The notes beneath the pieces are model-generated. The model worked only from the letters and a program-made list of their open reading frames with translations. It made no database searches and was not told where the DNA came from. Positions 56,961 to 64,000 of a stretch of 64,000 nucleotides of DNA are shown piece after piece. Every line of letters begins with the position of its first letter. Positions within the stretch are counted from its first letter, which is position 1. The DNA is from the human T2T-CHM13v2.0 reference genome, Homo sapiens: assembly GCF_009914755.1 (NCBI RefSeq), contig NC_060925.1, one strand, 5' to 3'. Made by a program: the position numbers and the translations under genes.

Positions 56961-57365
56961 TTCTGCAAATTTTTAAAATATATTAGTCATATTATTTGTC
57001 ATGTTTCATTAAATTCATTCTCTCTCAACTCTAATAGGTGCTAAAGACATAAAAATGAGTAAGAATCTGGCAGAGCACCTACCTAGCACACAGTGGGTTC
57101 TTAATAGTGATTCATTGAACAGGCCTGTGAATGAATAAACAAATTCATTATGAGAGCATTATTTAGAGAAGTTTGGTTTTATGAAGAGGTTCACAAGCTA
57201 GACAGAAAGAATCAGGGTCTAAAGCTGAAGAGGCCAGTCCCAGGAGACCAGTTAAGGAGGCTCCAGGGTAAGTGGAGAAAAACAGAGAAATTCAAGGGCA
57301 ATTGCAGAGGAAATGTCAATAAAATGTGGTGATTGGCCAAATATAGGGTTTAAAGAGAATGGGCA

Positions 57366-57693
<328 letters not shown>

Positions 57694-57917
57694 TCAAAAG
57701 TTCCAAGATGGATGGTACTGGTGACATTGATGGGTCAGGGAAGCCAGATTGAAAAGCCAGCACTAGGGTCAGGAGAACTGGCCTGGGAGGGTTCTTAAAT
57801 TCTATTTTAGAGAGAATAAAAATTACTGTTAGCTAGCAGTTGACTGTACCTATACCGGCCCTAAGTGCCACAGAGACATTTCTCAATGGTCAGTGAACCC
57901 TCTAAAGAAGTGCTACT

Positions 57918-58244
<327 letters not shown>

Positions 58245-58589
58245 TTACAGATGAGGAAACAGGGCTTAGGGAATTAAGTAACTCACCCAGGGTCACACAT
58301 GGGGAGTGGCAGAGCTGAGACTAGCCCTGTATCTAACATGGGAGCGAACCACAGTGACAGCCACTCCTCCAGTCCATATCTGAGGCACCTGGCAGCTCAA
58401 GATGGGACCCAAGAGCCGGGATGCTTCAGCCATCTGACTGTAGTTCCACTGGAGAAGCCCAGGCAGAGTTTTTGGAGTTGTAAGCAAGGAAGTGACAAGC
58501 AAAATCCTAAGACCAGACAAGCCACCTCAGGGAGAGGAGACAGAGGAAAACAGAAAGCCAAGGGCTATGCCTCAGTCAAGAACCCCCGA

Positions 58590-58853
58590 GGTTAGGCACA
58601 CTGGCTCACGCCTGTAAGCTCAGCACTTTGGGAGTCCAAGGCGAGTGGATCACTTGAGCTCAGGAGTTTGAGACCAACATGGTGAAAAAAATACAAAAAT
58701 TAGCCGGGCGTGGTGGTGTGCGCCTATAGTCCCAGCTACTCAAGAGGCTGAGATGGGAGAATCGCTTGAGGTTGCAGTAAGCTGAGATCGCACCACTATA
58801 CTCCAGCCTGGGCGACAGAGCCAGACCCTGTCTCACGGGGAAAAAAAAAAAAA
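58590..58853 (+). mobile_element. Alu with internal deletions
   Basis: Both arms present, but segments are missing after gagacc, after ggtgaaa and after atcgcttga. Confidence 0.85.
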
Positions 58854-59912
58854 CCCCAAGAAGAAAGAGTGAGCAGCTGAGAAAGAAACAGAAAAACAGA
58901 TGGAATGGTAGAATGAGAACCAGGAAACCAAGAGGGAGGTGCCAGAAAGGGAGTGCTTGACAGCACTGGAGGCTTCATAAGCTGGGGAGGAGCAAGAGTG
59001 GGGCAGGCAGATGTGTAGAGGCAGCTCTGCAACAGAAGTTGGTGCCCCGAGGGGCTAGTCCAGTGCTAGCACCAAGTTCTTGGTTAATAGTGAACATGTC
59101 ACCGCTACACCCTCTGGCCTGGTTCCCCTAAGGTATTAGGGCTAGGTGGACCCCAGGGACCCTCTAGTCCTAGCAGCCCTTGAGTTGTTCAAAGGGGCAT
59201 CATCAGGGTCTCCCCAGAGATTAGCTCAGGCCACAGAGAGGGAAGAAGGGAAAGAAGGACGTACAGATGTTCACTCATTCCAGTGGAGCAGGGGAAGGAA
59301 AAGAGAAATAAGCTGACCTGAGGCATCAGAGGGGCCAAGTCATACATGGCCTCTTCATCGTGGAAGAAAGAAAAGTGAAATAATTAAACGTGTCTAAACT
59401 TACACAGAAATATTTAGAAAATACCGTGGAAGGAGTGATTGAAGTCAATGCAATAAATACTTCTGCAGAGTTTAAGTATTTAAATCAGCGATTAGCAGTT
59501 AAGTTTCCTTTTACTCTCAAACAGAATGTCAAGAAGCAGATAAGCAATGGCAAGGAGAAGGCTCAAGCTGGAAAACTGGAGACGCTGCACACGCATGCAC
59601 TGGGCCTTTGCCCAATCAGCACATCTGCATCTCAGATTTGCAGAGCTGCTCCTGACTTGGGTCTATTGCTTTTTTTTAATACTCTCCCAAAAGTTCTAAG
59701 AGCAAAATGTCACATTTTTAAATGCAGAGAGTGCTCTTGTAAAAACATTGTCTAACAACACTTTCAGGAAATTATATAATTCTTTTTTTAAAGCCAAGGG
59801 CAGTTACCATGGCAACAGTAGTACAGGTCAGGGTTCTAACCCTAACCTCCATAAAGACAAAACACCATACTGGTTGGAAAATGCTGCTGCTGGACAAATT
59901 TTAAAAGGGGTC

Positions 59913-60212
<300 letters not shown>

Positions 60213-61019
60213 GGGGGTGTCAAGGCAGTCTCTATCTGGGGGAAGAGGCAATAATGACAGGTTTTTACAATCTGTCCAGCCAGCATAGAACATAAATCGG
60301 CATTACCTCATTCTAAAAAGGCCGAGTCCAACCAGGCTCAGTCCCTCTGCCGGGGCAGGGGCTGTACTTTCCTGGGGCAACTTTACAGCATCTGGATATT
60401 ACTGTGACGAATGACAGGATTTAAGTGACGTGACCAACCTGCATCTTGGTAGGAACGTTTTAACTTCTTAGCTTAGCCTTGTGTCCTGGTTTGTTTCCTA
60501 AACCCCGGTGTTTGCTATTACCTCTCTGATTTCTGCTTTCACTTTTTCTAAAAGTCCAAGACTGCATTTTTGGAGAGTTCCTATTGGAGAGTTAGCTGGA
60601 ATTTTAGATTGAACATCTTGCCCCAAAGTGTTAGACATCATCCTTGACTAGTGTGACCAGTGCCAGCTCTCGCTTGCATTGTCCTCTGTTGTGACAGCTA
60701 GCAGATGCATTGCCTTGCTGTCCCTAACCCTGCTCCCCTTTCCAGGCCTGGACTGGCACCTTCACACGACCTAGCAGGGTGTCATTGTTTAAATTGCATT
60801 GAGTGTCTTCAAGTAAAGGAGTAACTCTTTTTATATAATATGAGTGTCCTATTCATTCAGGCCCTCCAATCCTATGTGGACAGACAGATTCAGTTGCCTT
60901 TGTAGGTAATGAAATGATTTCTATAGTAATACTCAAATAAATGGGGAAGGGAAGAAAGGAGAGAGGAAATGGGCAGGTGGGGAGAGACAGAGAAAAAAGA
61001 GAGAGAGAGAGAAATAGTA

Positions 61020-61366
61020 CAGGCATGGGCCACATAACAATGTTTCAATCAACAAGGGACCACATATACAACGGTGGTCTCATAAGATTATAGTACCATA
61101 ATTTTCCTGTACCTTTTTGACATTTAGGCATGTTTAGGTACACAAATTCTTACCATTGTGTTACAATTGCCTACAATATTCAGCATAGTAACATGCTGTG
61201 CACATTTGTAGCCTAGTAGCCATGGGCTATATATACCATATGGCCGAGGTGCGTAGTAGGACATACCATCTAGGTTTGTGTACCTACACTATGATGTTTG
61301 CACAACACAATCCCCTAACAACACATTTCTCTGAATGTGTCTCTGTCATGAAGCAATGCATGACAG
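61020..61366. mobile_element. Tigger3a/MER7-like TcMar-Tigger MITE
   Basis: TA|caggcatg...catgacag|TA termini; ggaccacatatacaacggtggtctcataagattata. Confidence 0.85.
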
Positions 61367-64000
61367 TATCTGTTAAGGACTGGTGGAAAACTAAATGACC
61401 ATTTCAGAGGTAATCTTCCCTGTCAAGCTGGGTGATTTCCAGAACAGCTTCCTTTTAAACAAACACCAGGCAGTGCTTATATGCGGAATGTATTTGTTTA
61501 GAAACCAAATTTCACTGATATACAGTGTCTGTGTGTGAGGGGTTTCCTTTGACACTTGCTTAGTACATACCACATAAAAGGTATCTCAAACATAAATAGC
61601 CCTGGGTTTTTTGTTTTTTCTGCATATGCACAGGACTGCATTAGGAAGTCATTTATGAATAGCAGCAGGGTAAAAAATGCCCCAGATAGAGAAAAGAATG
61701 TAGCTAGTTTAATGTTTTTGCTCTCACATATGTACTCTCCCAAAACCCAGCCTTGAGATTTTGTATCAGTTCTTTTAGTGGTGTTGGGCAAGGCACACCC
61801 ACTCCTCCCCAAGCACTGTATTATCTGAATCTCGATAATCGAGGGGGAAAAAGAGAAAAGGTGTTCGTGTATTAATATTGTGGAAATGGGGAAGGATTAC
61901 ATATAGATAGGTAGGTAGGTAGATAAAGATCTCCAAAATGGTCAATCTTTGAATTGCCAAATTCCCCAATGTAAGCAAAAAGATGTCAAATCAGATGGCG
62001 AAGTCTGAATACTGAAGCTCTTGCATATCATTCTTAGCAAGAAGAGTCAGTTAATATGCTAGTTCTCTCTTACCACACAGTTAAAACAAGTTTGGATACA
62101 AGACGTAGTAAATTATAAGCAGAGGACAGGTGAGCTATTTGTGTGAACACAGCTGAAGGCCTGGGGGTGGGGGGAATGTTTAACTATGAAAACAGACAAG
62201 AACATAAAAGGCCCCTTGGTGGTGCCATTTAGCATGGGGATTAGCAGCCACATAGAGCACAATGGCTCCTGAGCTCAGCCCTGCATTTTATAATTACTGA
62301 CATGTGGTGTGATAATCCTAAACCATGAAAGGGAAAAAAAGAGACACTGCCACACACAGACCAACTTAATACTGCCCCAAAGCTGCAAGGAAGGGAATCA
62401 AAAAGGACTCCAAGCACTGCAAAGAGTTATTACAAACCTATGCACAGAACCCAAACCCTCACTAACAGACCTACTTGCTGGCTGTCTAACAAAGCAGACT
62501 CAGCAGACTAGCAGGTTCTGTAGCCCAGAACCAAGTAAGAGCTAAAAGGAAAGGACAACTAGCTGGAGTATGGGAAAAGCTTGCAGCTTGCACTGTAGAA
62601 TCCAACAGACACAACTCGGGGGCTGGCTCCACAACTCACCATCTGGTTGTATAACCTCCCTAAGCCCAAGCATCCTCTTCTGCAAAAACAGTGACCACCA
62701 AGCCTCCCTTTCAGGCTGACGACAAGACTGGCAGAACCAAACAAGTGCCTGGCAGGTGGCTGGCCCACAGGAGACACGCAGTCTTCACCACTACGGCTGC
62801 TAGTATTGTCATTTGGGGGATGTGAGAGCTGTTAAGAGGCAAGTCGAGCAGTTAGCACTTGACAGTGTTTACTTCCTTCTCTTTCTCCCCACTGTGGTCT
62901 TTCCTGCCCTCAAAAAGAACCAAAAAAGGGACAGCTTTATGCCAATCCTCAGAGAAGGTACAAAGTAAAAGTGACTTGGAGCCACATGTGTGATTAACCA
63001 CACATCCCATTTGTCTGTGCCTGCCAAAAAGCCTGGAGCCAAATTTCAAACACAATCATACCAACCACATAAACCCAAATGGCTCGCAAGCTGCACCCTT
63101 CTTTTTCCCTTGGTCCTCATTCTGTATTTCTGCTTACACTGTTGGTATGCCTGTTGCTGGAGGCTCATCCCAAATCCTCTTTTGGAATGAGGCAGAGAAG
63201 CTCATAGGGTTATGAGCTTTTTGACGGGTGAAGTTATTAAACCTGGCCCCTTTCCCATGGTAATGGAGCCTCCTGATCCCCACTCCACCCCTACAGCCAG
63301 GCACTGGCACGCCCATTGCTCCTTTAATGTCAAAACAAATGCATAAATTTAAATGTCCATATCTTTTCTACACATATGTAATGGCTAACTTGGGACTTAT
63401 CCTCAGCAGCTTTTCATAATAAGCAAGCAATTAGATAGGTCAGAAATAGAAAAGACACACCACCACATAAAAGCAGGTCACAAGTAAAAATTAGATGATA
63501 GGAAACAAAATTGTTGCCATTCCAGCAACTAATGAAAGTATGTTACTGTAAACAAGCCTCTAATGGTGCTGTAACCCCTCTCAGGAATCAGGAAACGCCC
63601 TGAGCAATTAAACTCGGGAGTCCGACACAAGGGGGCGGCTGCATTTTACTTCAAAGTCAGAGGGTACTAGGAGCTGGTTTTCATGGGGATGGAAACCATG
63701 ACACTGGTCCTCACTTGCTCTAAAAGATAAATCTGATCTCTCAGCATTGTTTATGCTCTTCTGCTGTCCTCTGTTGCCAGAAAGTCATTTTCCAGTTTCC
63801 TGTTCGCTTCCAAGGCTGTTGTTTCCGAAACCAATGATTACAAATGAGAGGTGTGTTCTCAGATGAAAAATACAATAGGTCTACTCTGACCCGAGGAGAA
63901 CCCAGCAGGGAGGCCGATGACAAAACATTGCTTTGGTACTGAGGGCTTTTTATGTACTGTTGTAACAAGTGTGTTTCTGATACAAATTCTCTGCTGGCCT

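Overview
Human (primate) genomic DNA from inside TGFBR3 (betaglycan, TGF-beta receptor type III), transcribed on the minus strand. Three coding exons are present with canonical GT-AG boundaries and consistent phases: 29333-29196 (138 nt), 5548-5365 (184 nt) and 542-374 (169 nt). These are exons 4, 5 and 6 by my recollection of the usual numbering and encode about residues 83-246 of the orphan domain. The rest is intron, dense in Alu, MIR, L1, L2, MaLR/ERV LTRs and MER DNA-transposon relics; nearly all other ORFs in the track are spurious. A near-consensus AluYa5 points to human. The most striking unexplained structure is a non-Alu inverted repeat at 6829-7135 (116-bp arms, one mismatch, 75-nt spacer) about 1.3 kb upstream of the exon 5 acceptor; it should fold into a long dsRNA hairpin in the pre-mRNA and its junctions suggest template switching. 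Other points: an apparent His155Arg coding difference, an 81-nt candidate poison exon, a candidate spliced antisense transcript, a tailless U2 retro-fragment, and an antisense AluJ whose tail has become a very long polypyrimidine tract before an AG. Repeat subfamily names and boundaries are by eye and approximate.
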